Assembly: GCA_001776775.1 (NCBI GenBank) | Contig: MFDD01000014.1 | Coordinates: 3,684 to 67,683 of the forward strand | DNA: 64,000 bases | From: Candidatus Daviesbacteria bacterium RIFCSPHIGHO2_02_FULL_43_12 | GTDB lineage: Bacteria; Patescibacteriota; Microgenomatia; Daviesbacterales; UBA10151 | Direction of reading: 5' to 3' | Part shown: one piece after another, positions 19,435-27,712 of the stretch | How positions within the stretch are numbered: the first letter of the stretch is position 1 | Layout: every line of letters starts with the position of its first letter | The notes under the pieces: model-generated | The model's input: only the letters and a program-made list of their open reading frames with translations | What the model was told of the DNA's origin: nothing | The model's database searches: none | Translations under genes and position numbers: made by a program

Positions 19435-20451
19435 ATGACACTCACTGAAACTGCCCGCATAACAAAAATATCTATCTTGGCCTTAGCAATTCTAGTTGTA
19501 ATTGGAATTTCTGGATGGGCAAGTTTTCAGTTCTGGTATCACCGCTACTATCTACCCAGTCGGCCAGTCCAGGTCGAGGTTCCGGAGGTAAAATTTGGTG
19601 TATTACCTAGACCTCTTTTTCCAAAGAGCAATGTATCTTCCTCCAACTTTTCGTATTCTATCGACACAGAGACAGGCGAGCTTCCTACAAAAATTACTCA
19701 ACTAATGAAAGTGTACTTCATTCCCCAACTCGGAACTACCTTGCTTGCCCCTAACAAGGCCCGCATTCTGGCTGAGAGTCTAAACTTTAATACTAATCCC
19801 GAGGTAGTAAATTCTAGTACATACCAGTTTAAAAACGGGGACGGAGGAACTCTGCTGATAGATTTAAATAACAGCAACTTTACTATACGTTATCCGCAAG
19901 CTTCCAGTTCTGCCATCTTACAATCAGTACCACTCCCTGACGAAGACAGTCTGATTGATTATTTTCAGAACTTTCTAAAACAACGCGGACTTTTTAGTAA
20001 CTCTTTACAAAAAGGCACCCCTCTTGTCACCTATGACAAGTTTCCCCAAAAGACAAGCCTTGTTGCTACGGTAAGCATCATACCAGCAGACCTTGATGGA
20101 ACTAGGGTGGTGACTCCTTCTTTTAAAAACGGATTGGTGCAGGCAACCATTACTCAAAACAAAGACTCTCTTAAACTCCTGGACGTGATTTTTACCATCT
20201 GGGAACCAGATAACCAGAATACTTCAACTTATCCTCTGAAGACAATCCAGACAGCTTTCGATGAACTAAAAGCCGGAAAAGGAACAGTCATTGTTGAACC
20301 ACCTAAACCAAGAGTTTCTTTGGCAACGGTTTATCTGGCCTACTTTGAAGCGAATGAATATGCTCAGTATATTCAACCAGTCTATGTCTTTGAAGGTGAA
20401 GAGTTTGTGGCATATGTGCCCGCAATCACTGATCAATACCTAGAAAAATAA
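19435..20451 (+). CDS. hypothetical membrane-anchored exported protein
   Basis: N-terminal TM helix. No recognisable domain. Confidence 0.4.
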   Translation: MTLTETARITKISILALAILVVIGISGWASFQFWYHRYYLPSRPVQVEVPEVKFGVLPRPLFPKSNVSSSNFSYSIDTETGELPTKITQLMKVYFIPQLGTTLLAPNKARILAESLNFNTNPEVVNSSTYQFKNGDGGTLLIDLNNSNFTIRYPQASSSAILQSVPLPDEDSLIDYFQNFLKQRGLFSNSLQKGTPLVTYDKFPQKTSLVATVSIIPADLDGTRVVTPSFKNGLVQATITQNKDSLKLLDVIFTIWEPDNQNTSTYPLKTIQTAFDELKAGKGTVIVEPPKPRVSLATVYLAYFEANEYAQYIQPVYVFEGEEFVAYVPAITDQYLEK

Positions 20452-20463
20452 CGGAAATAAGAT

Positions 20464-21453
20464 CTACTGGTAAATTTTCTCCCATTTATAATTTGCATAA
20501 ACCCAATCCATCAGTCTTTTTGTCTCCCCAAAACGATCTCGGCTATTTAAGACAACTGTAATAACTTTATGCTCAGATCTTTCTACCAGCCCCACAAAAT
20601 TTTCACCAGCCTTTTCGGTGGAACCGGTTTTAATACCGAGTACACCATCAGCTGAAAGCAGTTCATTTAAGTTCTTGAGGCTATGTAGATATGATTTATC
20701 CCAAGCAGAGACAAATGTCTCTTTTGTTGCCACTACCTTAGCCAGCTGGGGATTTTCTACAGCTAGTTTGGCAATTATTGCCAAATCATAAGCGCTACTG
20801 AAGTGATTATCCGAATCAAAACCTGCGGGATTATCAAAATGAGTATCAGCTAGCTTCATTTCCGAAACCTTACTATTCATCGCCGCTACAAAGGCAGGTA
20901 AACCTCCGGGAAAGTTGCTGGCGATCGTAAAAGCTGCATCGTTTCCAGAATTCAGTAACATCCCATAAAGCAAGCTTCTAAAGGATAGCTTCTCACCTAT
21001 TTTCAGACCCATATTAGAGCCACCAACATTATCTATCGGATAAACTGTCAGGACGTCTGCTGGCCTAAAATAATTTGTGGCGATTATTCCGGTCATAATT
21101 TTGGTAGTTGAGGCCGGAGCTAACCTTTCATGAATATTTTCTTCGAAAAGGATCTGTCCTGTCTCTACATCCATCGCCAAAACGGATTGAGATTGAAAAA
21201 CAGGAGCAGGAATTTTCTGATCAGTTATCTGCAGTTTTAACTGTCTGGTCTCTCCTAATATATCTGCTGTCAGCTGAGATTGGTTAGCACCATACGCAGT
21301 AACTGCGATTAGATCCCTCTCGGTTAAACGGATTAATTTAGGAAATGCCACTAGCCCTAAAGTAGTTAATCCAAAAATAGCCAATAGAAAAATAGATAAA
21401 AGAAAAACCCTCATATAAGTTTTGGCTAAGAACAGTTGTATTTTTTTACGCAT
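20464..21453 (-). CDS. dacA: D-alanyl-D-alanine carboxypeptidase (peptidase S11, PBP5 family)
   Basis: SxxK (ASTTK), SxN (LNSGND) and KTG (IKTGST) motifs. N-terminal TM anchor. Confidence 0.8.
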   Translation of the reverse strand: MRKKIQLFLAKTYMRVFLLSIFLLAIFGLTTLGLVAFPKLIRLTERDLIAVTAYGANQSQLTADILGETRQLKLQITDQKIPAPVFQSQSVLAMDVETGQILFEENIHERLAPASTTKIMTGIIATNYFRPADVLTVYPIDNVGGSNMGLKIGEKLSFRSLLYGMLLNSGNDAAFTIASNFPGGLPAFVAAMNSKVSEMKLADTHFDNPAGFDSDNHFSSAYDLAIIAKLAVENPQLAKVVATKETFVSAWDKSYLHSLKNLNELLSADGVLGIKTGSTEKAGENFVGLVERSEHKVITVVLNSRDRFGETKRLMDWVYANYKWEKIYQ

Positions 21454-21496
21454 AAAAGTATTCTCTCAGAAAAGGACGGTTTCGCCAAGCAGAAAC

Positions 21497-22882
21497 TTAA
21501 GATGACTTTTTGGGTTTAAGAGTTAACCCGAGCTCATCAAGCTGCTCAGGCTCAGCCGGAGTTGGAGCATTCATAACCGCTGTCACCCCTGTTGAAGAAG
21601 CTGGGAAGGCAATCACTTCCCGGATAGTTGTTTCATGACATAAGATAGCTACCAGTCTATCCAAGCCCCAAGCGATACCTCCATGTGGAGGAGTTCCAAA
21701 AGAAAAAGCTTTAAGCATATGTCCAAAATTTTTGGAAATATCCTCTTTACTAAATCCCATTATCTCAAAGACCTTTTCGAGATCCTCGGCTTTGTGATTT
21801 CGGATACTACCTCCGCCTATTTCAAATCCATTGAGAACCACATCGTATTGAGTGGTCAGAATTTGATCAATATTTTCGCCCCTTTCTAGCCATTCTTGAT
21901 GTTCTGGTTTGGCAGCAGAGAACGGATTATGAGTAAAGGTCCAACCTCCAGAATCGGCTTTTTCAAAGAAAGGAAAGTCCGTTACCCAGCAAAAAGCTAA
22001 AAGATTTGGGTCCTTCTTATCAGTGCGGATATCCGGCCTATCTGTACCGTACTTTTGCATCGCTTCTTTATAAGATATTCTCGGGAAGGGAATTTCTTGA
22101 ATCTTTTTTTCTGGACAAAGTTTTTCTACCAAACTAATTAATAATTTTTCATTCAAGGCCATCACGTCTTCTTGCTCCACAAAGGATAGCTCCATGTCCA
22201 ACTGAGTAAACTCTAGCTGCCTGTCCTTACGAGTATCTTCGTCTCGGAAACAGCGAGCTATTTGAAAATATCTCTCGAACCCCGCAACCATTAGTAGTTG
22301 TTTGTACTGCTGAGGGCTTTGCGGAAGGGCATAAAAATTACCGCTATGCATTCTGGAAGGGACCAAGAAGTCTCTCGCTCCCTCGGGTGTAGCTTTGGTT
22401 AAAATAGGTGTTTCTATTTCTATAAATTCATCGTCTGTTAGCCAGTTGCGTAGAAAAGAAATTATTTTGTGTCTTTGGCGAATATTACTTGTGAGTCTGT
22501 TTCGGCGAAGATCTAAATAGCGATACTCAAGTCTTGTTTCTTCTCCAATATCATAGCCTTCTCCTTCGAGAGGAAATGGAGATGTTTGAGAAGGGGAGAC
22601 TAGCTCAACTTTTTGGGCAGAAAGTTCTATTTCCCCGGTGGGAATATTTGGATTAATTAATTTTTCCGGACGTTTATTTATTTGTCCGGTGATTTTGACC
22701 ACACTTTCTGGGGTAATCCCTTGTAACATCTCACCGGTTACAAAAATTTGGATGAATCCTGACCTATCTCGCAGATCAATAAAGCCGATCTTGCCGTGAC
22801 TACGAATAGTCTGCACCCAACCCAAAAGAGTTGCTTGCTGACCTACTTTTTGCAGACAATCAAGGGCGAGAGTACGCTCCAT
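21497..22882 (-). CDS. aspS: aspartyl-tRNA synthetase (short form lacking GAD insertion domain)
   Basis: QSPQQYKQLLMV, class II motif 2 FRDEDTRKDRQLEFTQLD and motif 3 GLDRLV. 461 aa. Confidence 0.85.
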   Translation of the reverse strand: MERTLALDCLQKVGQQATLLGWVQTIRSHGKIGFIDLRDRSGFIQIFVTGEMLQGITPESVVKITGQINKRPEKLINPNIPTGEIELSAQKVELVSPSQTSPFPLEGEGYDIGEETRLEYRYLDLRRNRLTSNIRQRHKIISFLRNWLTDDEFIEIETPILTKATPEGARDFLVPSRMHSGNFYALPQSPQQYKQLLMVAGFERYFQIARCFRDEDTRKDRQLEFTQLDMELSFVEQEDVMALNEKLLISLVEKLCPEKKIQEIPFPRISYKEAMQKYGTDRPDIRTDKKDPNLLAFCWVTDFPFFEKADSGGWTFTHNPFSAAKPEHQEWLERGENIDQILTTQYDVVLNGFEIGGGSIRNHKAEDLEKVFEIMGFSKEDISKNFGHMLKAFSFGTPPHGGIAWGLDRLVAILCHETTIREVIAFPASSTGVTAVMNAPTPAEPEQLDELGLTLKPKKSS

Positions 22883-22886
22883 AAAA

Positions 22887-23813
22887 TTATTTTGGATTAA
22901 CTTTCGTTACCCAATCCGAGTATTTTTCCAATTCACCGTGTACCAATTTATAAAATAGATCTTTTAATTTTGTCCCTACTTCTCTACTCTCACCCAAAGG
23001 CCGATGGTCAATCTCGGCAATGGGAGTTACTTCTGCGGCAGTGCCAGTCAAAAAAGCTTCATCAGCACTATATATTTCAGAGCGGTCTATGCTTCTTTCT
23101 ATAGCCTGTAGCCCCAGCTCTTTGGTGCAAAGCTTAATCACCGTATCCCTGGTTATACCGACTAAAGTATCGTCTGAGACGGGAGGTGTAATAACCACGC
23201 CATCTTTAATCATAAAAATATTTGATGAGCTACTTTCCACAACATGTCCTCTGTCGTCTAGTACCAGCGCGTCATCATATCCATTTAGCTGAGCTTCTGT
23301 TTTTGTTAAACAGGTATTAATGTAAGCTCCTGTAATTTTACCTCGAGGTGGTATAGCATTATCCGATACTCTTCTCCATGAGCTAATACCCAATCTTACC
23401 CCTTTTTCAGAGTCCAAATACTTACCCATCGGGACATTATACATAATGATACTATCTTGCAGAGTTGGTAGTTTAAAGTTGCCAACAGCCGGGTCGGATT
23501 TGAAAGCTAGGGGTCGAACATACATATCTGTTTCGGTGAAATTTCTTTGCAATAGTTCAACTACAAAACCGCACATCTCATCTACTGTATAGGGAATATC
23601 AATAAAAACAATTTTGGCTGATTGTTTCATTCTTTTAAAATGATCTTCCAGCCGAAAGGCGAAAAAGCACTTATCTTTCTCGCTATAATAAGCTCTAATC
23701 CCTTCAAAAACGCCCGTTCCATAATGCAGGGCATGCGCAGTTACCGGAATAACCGCTTTGGCTTCTGGTACAAATTTTCCATTTACAAAAAAGGTCCTAG
23801 TCATGTTTTGCAC
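22887..23813 (-). CDS. ilvE: class IV (branched-chain / D-amino acid) PLP aminotransferase
   Basis: Length and N-terminal FVNGKFVPEAKAVIP...GTGVFEGIRAY are typical of the BCAT/DAAT fold IV. Confidence 0.7.
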   Translation of the reverse strand: MQNMTRTFFVNGKFVPEAKAVIPVTAHALHYGTGVFEGIRAYYSEKDKCFFAFRLEDHFKRMKQSAKIVFIDIPYTVDEMCGFVVELLQRNFTETDMYVRPLAFKSDPAVGNFKLPTLQDSIIMYNVPMGKYLDSEKGVRLGISSWRRVSDNAIPPRGKITGAYINTCLTKTEAQLNGYDDALVLDDRGHVVESSSSNIFMIKDGVVITPPVSDDTLVGITRDTVIKLCTKELGLQAIERSIDRSEIYSADEAFLTGTAAEVTPIAEIDHRPLGESREVGTKLKDLFYKLVHGELEKYSDWVTKVNPK

Positions 23814-24078
23814 CCTCCTGTTCCTCTATTGTATAAGCAATACTAAAAAAAGTCATCCAGATCTTTGCAATAATCTCTTTGGTTAAGCCAAGGGCTTTTC
23901 CTTGGACAGCCAAGCTATCTATTCTTTCCTGCTCGCGAGCTGGATCTTTAATCGGTTTACCTACCAACTTTTTATATTCCCCAACTTTTTTCACCACTTC
24001 AATCCTTTGACTAATTAAGTCTAATAATTTGGCGTCTATTTGATCAATCGCTTTTCTCAGTTGATTTAAGTCTTCCAT
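23797..24078 (-). CDS. chorismate mutase (AroQ class)
   Basis: 93 aa with LRKAIDQIDAKLLDLISQRIEVVKKVGEYK, an AroQ-type helix-bundle signature. Confidence 0.7.
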   Translation of the reverse strand: MEDLNQLRKAIDQIDAKLLDLISQRIEVVKKVGEYKKLVGKPIKDPAREQERIDSLAVQGKALGLTKEIIAKIWMTFFSIAYTIEEQEGAKHD

Positions 24079-24833
24079 TAAATCCCTCTTAGTGCAGTTA
24101 CTAAACCTGCATCTGGATTTGTAGTATATCTTGCTTGAAAGTTTAGAGCAAGATAATCCTGCTCAGAAGGCGGGAGCTGCACTCCTACAGCTCGGAATCT
24201 TTCTATACCTCTACCAAAGTTTGGATTAAGCATCACTCCCCTCCTTGTGAGCTCAGTCACACCCCTCCATGAGTCATTTAAAAAGCTTAACCCTGATCGC
24301 AGAATCTGACCATAAGCTACTACCTTGTATGCGCCTTGTTCAGTCTGTTGTGCCAAAAAAATATCCACTCCGGTGATTTTAGTCAGCCCATCAGAAAGAG
24401 GCTTATTCGTTGGAACATATAAGGCCTCCAATGCTCTAAGTAGTCCTCTAGTTGGTTCGGTTGTTGCAGTCAGGGCCTGTCTAACTTTTGAATGCCTTAA
24501 AGTATGTTCTCCTAGTTGGCTTAGATGAGCTATGGCATCACTTTGCCCTTCCAAAGCTCGGGTCACTAAACTATCTAAGAATCCTGTTAGGATTAACTGA
24601 TTTTCCGGAGAGCACTGAAACCCAACACAGGCTGCTGGTTGACCTTTTCCATGAACGGTACATATAGCTCCCTCCCTTTCCATTTTCAACAAAGGACATG
24701 CTACATTTGCTGATTTATCTATCTCGTAGATCGTTAATAATTTGCAACAAAGTCCACAGTCGCAATCTCCCCCATGAATTGTTTGGCTTGATCTTTCTTG
24801 TGCAGCGCTATTTAACATTTTATACTCCTCCAA
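24078..24833 (-). CDS. hypothetical protein with N-terminal CxCxxCC metal-binding (YkgJ/UPF0153-like) domain
   Basis: GGDCDCGLCCK...CPLL...CTVHG...CVGFQC cysteine pattern; the rest is unrecognised. Confidence 0.4.
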   Translation of the reverse strand: MEEYKMLNSAAQERSSQTIHGGDCDCGLCCKLLTIYEIDKSANVACPLLKMEREGAICTVHGKGQPAACVGFQCSPENQLILTGFLDSLVTRALEGQSDAIAHLSQLGEHTLRHSKVRQALTATTEPTRGLLRALEALYVPTNKPLSDGLTKITGVDIFLAQQTEQGAYKVVAYGQILRSGLSFLNDSWRGVTELTRRGVMLNPNFGRGIERFRAVGVQLPPSEQDYLALNFQARYTTNPDAGLVTALRGI

Positions 24834-26451
24834 TCACTTTGATTACTGGACAATATTGTTTAAGAATATTTAGTGCTTGATCCATCCGTTCATCGTTAGT
24901 AGAAACTTCTACTTCAATGAAGAAGTGGTAATCCCAAACTTTTTCTCTGCTCGGCCGGGATTCAATTTTAGATAAATTAATATTGCTGCTGGCAAAAACA
25001 TTGAGAATATCTCGTAAAATACCTACCCTATTAAATACTGTTAAAAAAAGCAGTGTCCGGGAAGTGGGGATAGATAATTTATTAATATCCTTGGAGATAA
25101 CATAAAACTTTGTAACGTTACTTTTATTATCCTCAATACCTTTTCGCAAAACAGGAATATTATTTAACTTGGCAGCAAGTAGTGGACTTATAAAGGCTAC
25201 GCCTAGCTCATTTCTGTGCTCTTTGATACTAGAAACAGTACTAGAGGCAGTCTCCATGTTGACATTTGGTAAATGTTCCCTGAGCCAGTTTCTACATTGA
25301 GCCAAAGCCTGGGGATGAGAATATACTTTAGTAATATTTTTTAGAGATTTTTCTTCGGAAAGTAAGTTTTGTTGAATCGGTAAGTTCAGCGAACCATTTG
25401 TTCTCATATCAAAATCTATCAAAAAGTCCAGCGTTTCTCTGACGGTTCCTTCGGTGGAATTCTCTGCCGGAACTATTCCAAAATCGGCTTGTAAACTTTT
25501 GACTGCTTCAAAGATTTTTAAGAAATTCTCACAAGGGAGAAGCTGGCTCTCTTTGGCAACAGTTAAGGAAATCTGATGAGAGAATGTTCCCTGGGGACCA
25601 AGGTAAGCTATTTTTCCTTTGAGTTTCTGGGGTAGGTCTTTTTGTTTTATGCTTGTCGCTTGTTGCTTGTTGCTTGTTCCTTTAGGAGTCGAGTCGATAC
25701 TCCTATGAATTTTTTCAATTAATTTATGAAGTTTTTCTCTATCACCATTTTTTAGTTCCTGAAGAAACTCTTGCTGAGTTTTGATGAAATCATTTAGTAC
25801 AGATAGCCCTTCACTATTTCCCAATTGAATTTCTGTCAATAGCTCTGGTGGTTGCGAAATTACTCGACTAAGGGTAGCCATTTGCGCGAGGAAAGGTGGG
25901 GTAGAAACTTTTCCCCCCAAGTCTATTTTATTTTTCAGTAAAACCTTGGCTAAGTTTAGATTTACAAAATGAGTTAGATTTTGCAGGTGAGCCATATATA
26001 GATCATGACTTTTTGACGACATTTCAATAATTTCGGCTCCAGCATTTTTAAGCACCACTTTAAGTTTGTCCAGTAGAGTGCTTTTTTTAATAACACTTAA
26101 AACAACTTTTTGGTTTTGGATGGACGATACTGTTGGACCAAAAAGTAAATGTAAACCTGCTGCGGGTTGGGGTATTTGCGATAGGGTTTTTGCGACTGCC
26201 TGTTGAACAGAAGAAAGATCAACAATTAAAGTATTTCTTTTAGCTCTTTTAGAAATATCCAAAATTACATCTTTGGCTTTGGAAATAGGGACCGAGACAA
26301 AAATAATCTCACTAGATTTTAGAGTACTATCTTCAACACCTTTAGAACCACTGACACTAACCAAAACCCTTTGGCTTTCTAAAAAGTTTCTTAGCCAATT
26401 CCCCATCTGTCCAGTCCCTCCAATAATATGTACTTTTAGATTTCTATTCAT
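24820..26451 (-). CDS. fusion protein: prephenate dehydrogenase (TyrA) N-terminal + prephenate dehydratase (PheA PDT domain) + ACT domain
   Basis: N-terminal Rossmann motif IIGGTGQMG and SHDLYMAHLQNLTHF (TyrA). C-terminal YLGPQGTFSHQ...ENSTEG...ESRPSR (PDT with ESRP motif) plus ACT. Confidence 0.7.
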   Translation of the reverse strand: MNRNLKVHIIGGTGQMGNWLRNFLESQRVLVSVSGSKGVEDSTLKSSEIIFVSVPISKAKDVILDISKRAKRNTLIVDLSSVQQAVAKTLSQIPQPAAGLHLLFGPTVSSIQNQKVVLSVIKKSTLLDKLKVVLKNAGAEIIEMSSKSHDLYMAHLQNLTHFVNLNLAKVLLKNKIDLGGKVSTPPFLAQMATLSRVISQPPELLTEIQLGNSEGLSVLNDFIKTQQEFLQELKNGDREKLHKLIEKIHRSIDSTPKGTSNKQQATSIKQKDLPQKLKGKIAYLGPQGTFSHQISLTVAKESQLLPCENFLKIFEAVKSLQADFGIVPAENSTEGTVRETLDFLIDFDMRTNGSLNLPIQQNLLSEEKSLKNITKVYSHPQALAQCRNWLREHLPNVNMETASSTVSSIKEHRNELGVAFISPLLAAKLNNIPVLRKGIEDNKSNVTKFYVISKDINKLSIPTSRTLLFLTVFNRVGILRDILNVFASSNINLSKIESRPSREKVWDYHFFIEVEVSTNDERMDQALNILKQYCPVIKVIGGV

Positions 26452-26939
26452 TTTATTCTTTCTCGGCTAGCTCCTATTCCTCTTGAAAACCTGCTACATC
26501 TAACTTCTAAAAGATTGCTTTTATTTATCCTAAAGGATCCTCTTCTGGCACTGGGATCTATCGGTACCAAATAATCATGTCCATGCGGAGTATTCCCTTC
26601 TTCTTGTCCGAAGAGTGTTAACGCTTCTTGAACAGCTCTCTTTGCATCGCTGATCTGTTTTGCTAATGGGACATCTGCTGTATTCTGTATTAAAGGTGCT
26701 AATGGATCCATTTGAACAAGAGCAAAATATTGTCCATCTATTTTCATGATCCTTACACCTATCACTAAATCAGACGGAAGTCTCATTAGTCTTCCTGACC
26801 CATGGTAGCCTATCGGATCTCCAACTCGAAGACATTGCGCCGGAGCAAGATCTTTAAGAAATTGAAAGACAGATAATTTTTCACCCGTCCTTTTAGATGC
26901 TTTTCCTTCTCTGACTGTTCTATGAATTAAAATTTCCAT
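26448..26939 (-). CDS. hypothetical protein (first gene of the Phe/Tyr operon)
   Basis: ORF only. ATGA overlap with the downstream TyrA-PheA gene. Confidence 0.4.
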   Translation of the reverse strand: MEILIHRTVREGKASKRTGEKLSVFQFLKDLAPAQCLRVGDPIGYHGSGRLMRLPSDLVIGVRIMKIDGQYFALVQMDPLAPLIQNTADVPLAKQISDAKRAVQEALTLFGQEEGNTPHGHDYLVPIDPSARRGSFRINKSNLLEVRCSRFSRGIGASRERIK

Positions 26940-26950
26940 ATTTTTCCAAT

Positions 26951-26972
26951 AAAAAACCCCGCATCTGCGGGG
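26951..26972 (-). terminator. intrinsic terminator of the aromatic leader (attenuator), 9 nt upstream of the operon ATG
   Basis: Minus strand reads CCCCGCagatGCGGGG followed by TTTTTT. Confidence 0.65.
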
Positions 26973-27001
26973 CCTCTTTGAGTCTTGGTCTTTTTAAAAG
27001 A

Positions 27002-27073
27002 CTACGACAGATGCCCCTCCTTTCGGAAGTTAAAGTTAAAGTAAAACCAAAAATTATTTACAATCTGTTTCAT
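27002..27073 (-). CDS. leader peptide MKQIVNNFWFYFNFNFRKEGHLS (aromatic-codon-rich attenuator peptide)
   Basis: 23-aa ORF between a canonical promoter and an intrinsic terminator. Seven of nine consecutive codons are Phe/Trp/Tyr. Confidence 0.55.
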   Translation of the reverse strand: MKQIVNNFWFYFNFNFRKEGHLS

Positions 27074-27101
27074 AACTAAAGTGTAGCTTAGCAAATAAAG
27101 G

Positions 27102-27129
27102 ATTATATGTCAAATAATACAGCATTCAA
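27102..27129 (-). promoter_or_regulatory. sigma70-like promoter TTGAAT-16-TATAAT driving the aromatic leader
   Basis: Reverse complement of 27124-27129 is TTGAAT and of 27102-27107 is TATAAT. Spacer is 16 nt. Confidence 0.55.
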
Positions 27130-27160
27130 ATAACTTGGCTTGCGTTGTATAATCAGTATA

Positions 27161-27532
27161 ATGAAATTCATTAATAGCTCGAAAGCTCCAGCAGTTGTAG
27201 GACCATATTCCCATGCTATAGTTAGCAATGGAATGGTTTACCTTTCTGGGTCGATAGGAGTAGATCCACAAACTGGAGATTTGGCAGAAGGAATAGAGAA
27301 TCAAACGAAACAGGTATTAGCCAATTTAAAAGCAGTCTTGAAAGATGCAGGGAGTTCTGTAGATAAAATTGTTTCAGCAAATTGCTATTTGCAAAGCATG
27401 GAAGATTATGCAAAGTTTAACCATGTATATGGTGAATTTTTCGGAAATCACAAACCCGCTCGAACAACGATTGAAGTAGCAGCATTACCAAGAAAAGCGC
27501 TTGTCGAAATATCTTTTATCGCCGAGATTTAA
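27161..27532 (+). CDS. ridA: RidA/YjgF/TdcF family reactive-intermediate (enamine/imine) deaminase
   Basis: PAVVGPYSHAIVSNGMVYLSGSIG...ARTTIEVAALP are RidA motifs. Start set at ATG 27161. A TATAAT at 27148-27153 suggests a leaderless mRNA. Confidence 0.8.
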   Translation: MKFINSSKAPAVVGPYSHAIVSNGMVYLSGSIGVDPQTGDLAEGIENQTKQVLANLKAVLKDAGSSVDKIVSANCYLQSMEDYAKFNHVYGEFFGNHKPARTTIEVAALPRKALVEISFIAEI

Positions 27533-27539
27533 CTAATAT

Positions 27540-27568
27540 TTGACAAATTTAATCGCTTTGCTTAAAAT
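27540..27568 (+). promoter_or_regulatory. sigma70-like promoter TTGACA-17-TAAAAT immediately after ridA
   Basis: TTGACA at 27540-27545 and TAAAAT at 27563-27568. Confidence 0.55.
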
Positions 27569-27575
27569 ACATTTT

Positions 27576-27650
27576 ATGTTTAGAAAGATTTTAAATCTTA
27601 ACCTCATTATAGAGCTCCTTAGCAGGAGCAAATCAGGGAGGTTTGTTTAA
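27576..27650 (+). CDS. leader peptide MFRKILNLNLIIELLSRSKSGRFV (Leu/Ile-codon-rich attenuator peptide)
   Basis: 24-aa ORF whose stop codon lies inside the antiterminator 5' strand. Codons run ILNLNLIIELL. Confidence 0.45.
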   Translation: MFRKILNLNLIIELLSRSKSGRFV

Positions 27651-27681
27651 GTATTTTTAAAAATACTTAAGAAAGGAATAA

Positions 27682-27704
27682 CCTCCCACTCGGGAGGTTT
27701 TTTT
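27682..27704 (+). terminator. intrinsic terminator of the Leu/Ile-type leader, 8 nt upstream of the downstream ATG
   Basis: CCTCCCactcGGGAGG followed by TTTTTTT. The 5' strand is shared with the alternative pairing GGGAGGTT(27636-27643)/AACCTCCC(27680-27687). Confidence 0.65.
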
Positions 27705-27712
27705 ATACCAAA

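Noticed and set aside
26940-27130. T-box riboswitch as explanation of the aromatic-operon leader
   Set aside because: No T-box consensus (AANNNGGGTGGNACCGCG) or specifier-loop architecture was found. An aromatic-codon-rich leader ORF explains the terminator better.
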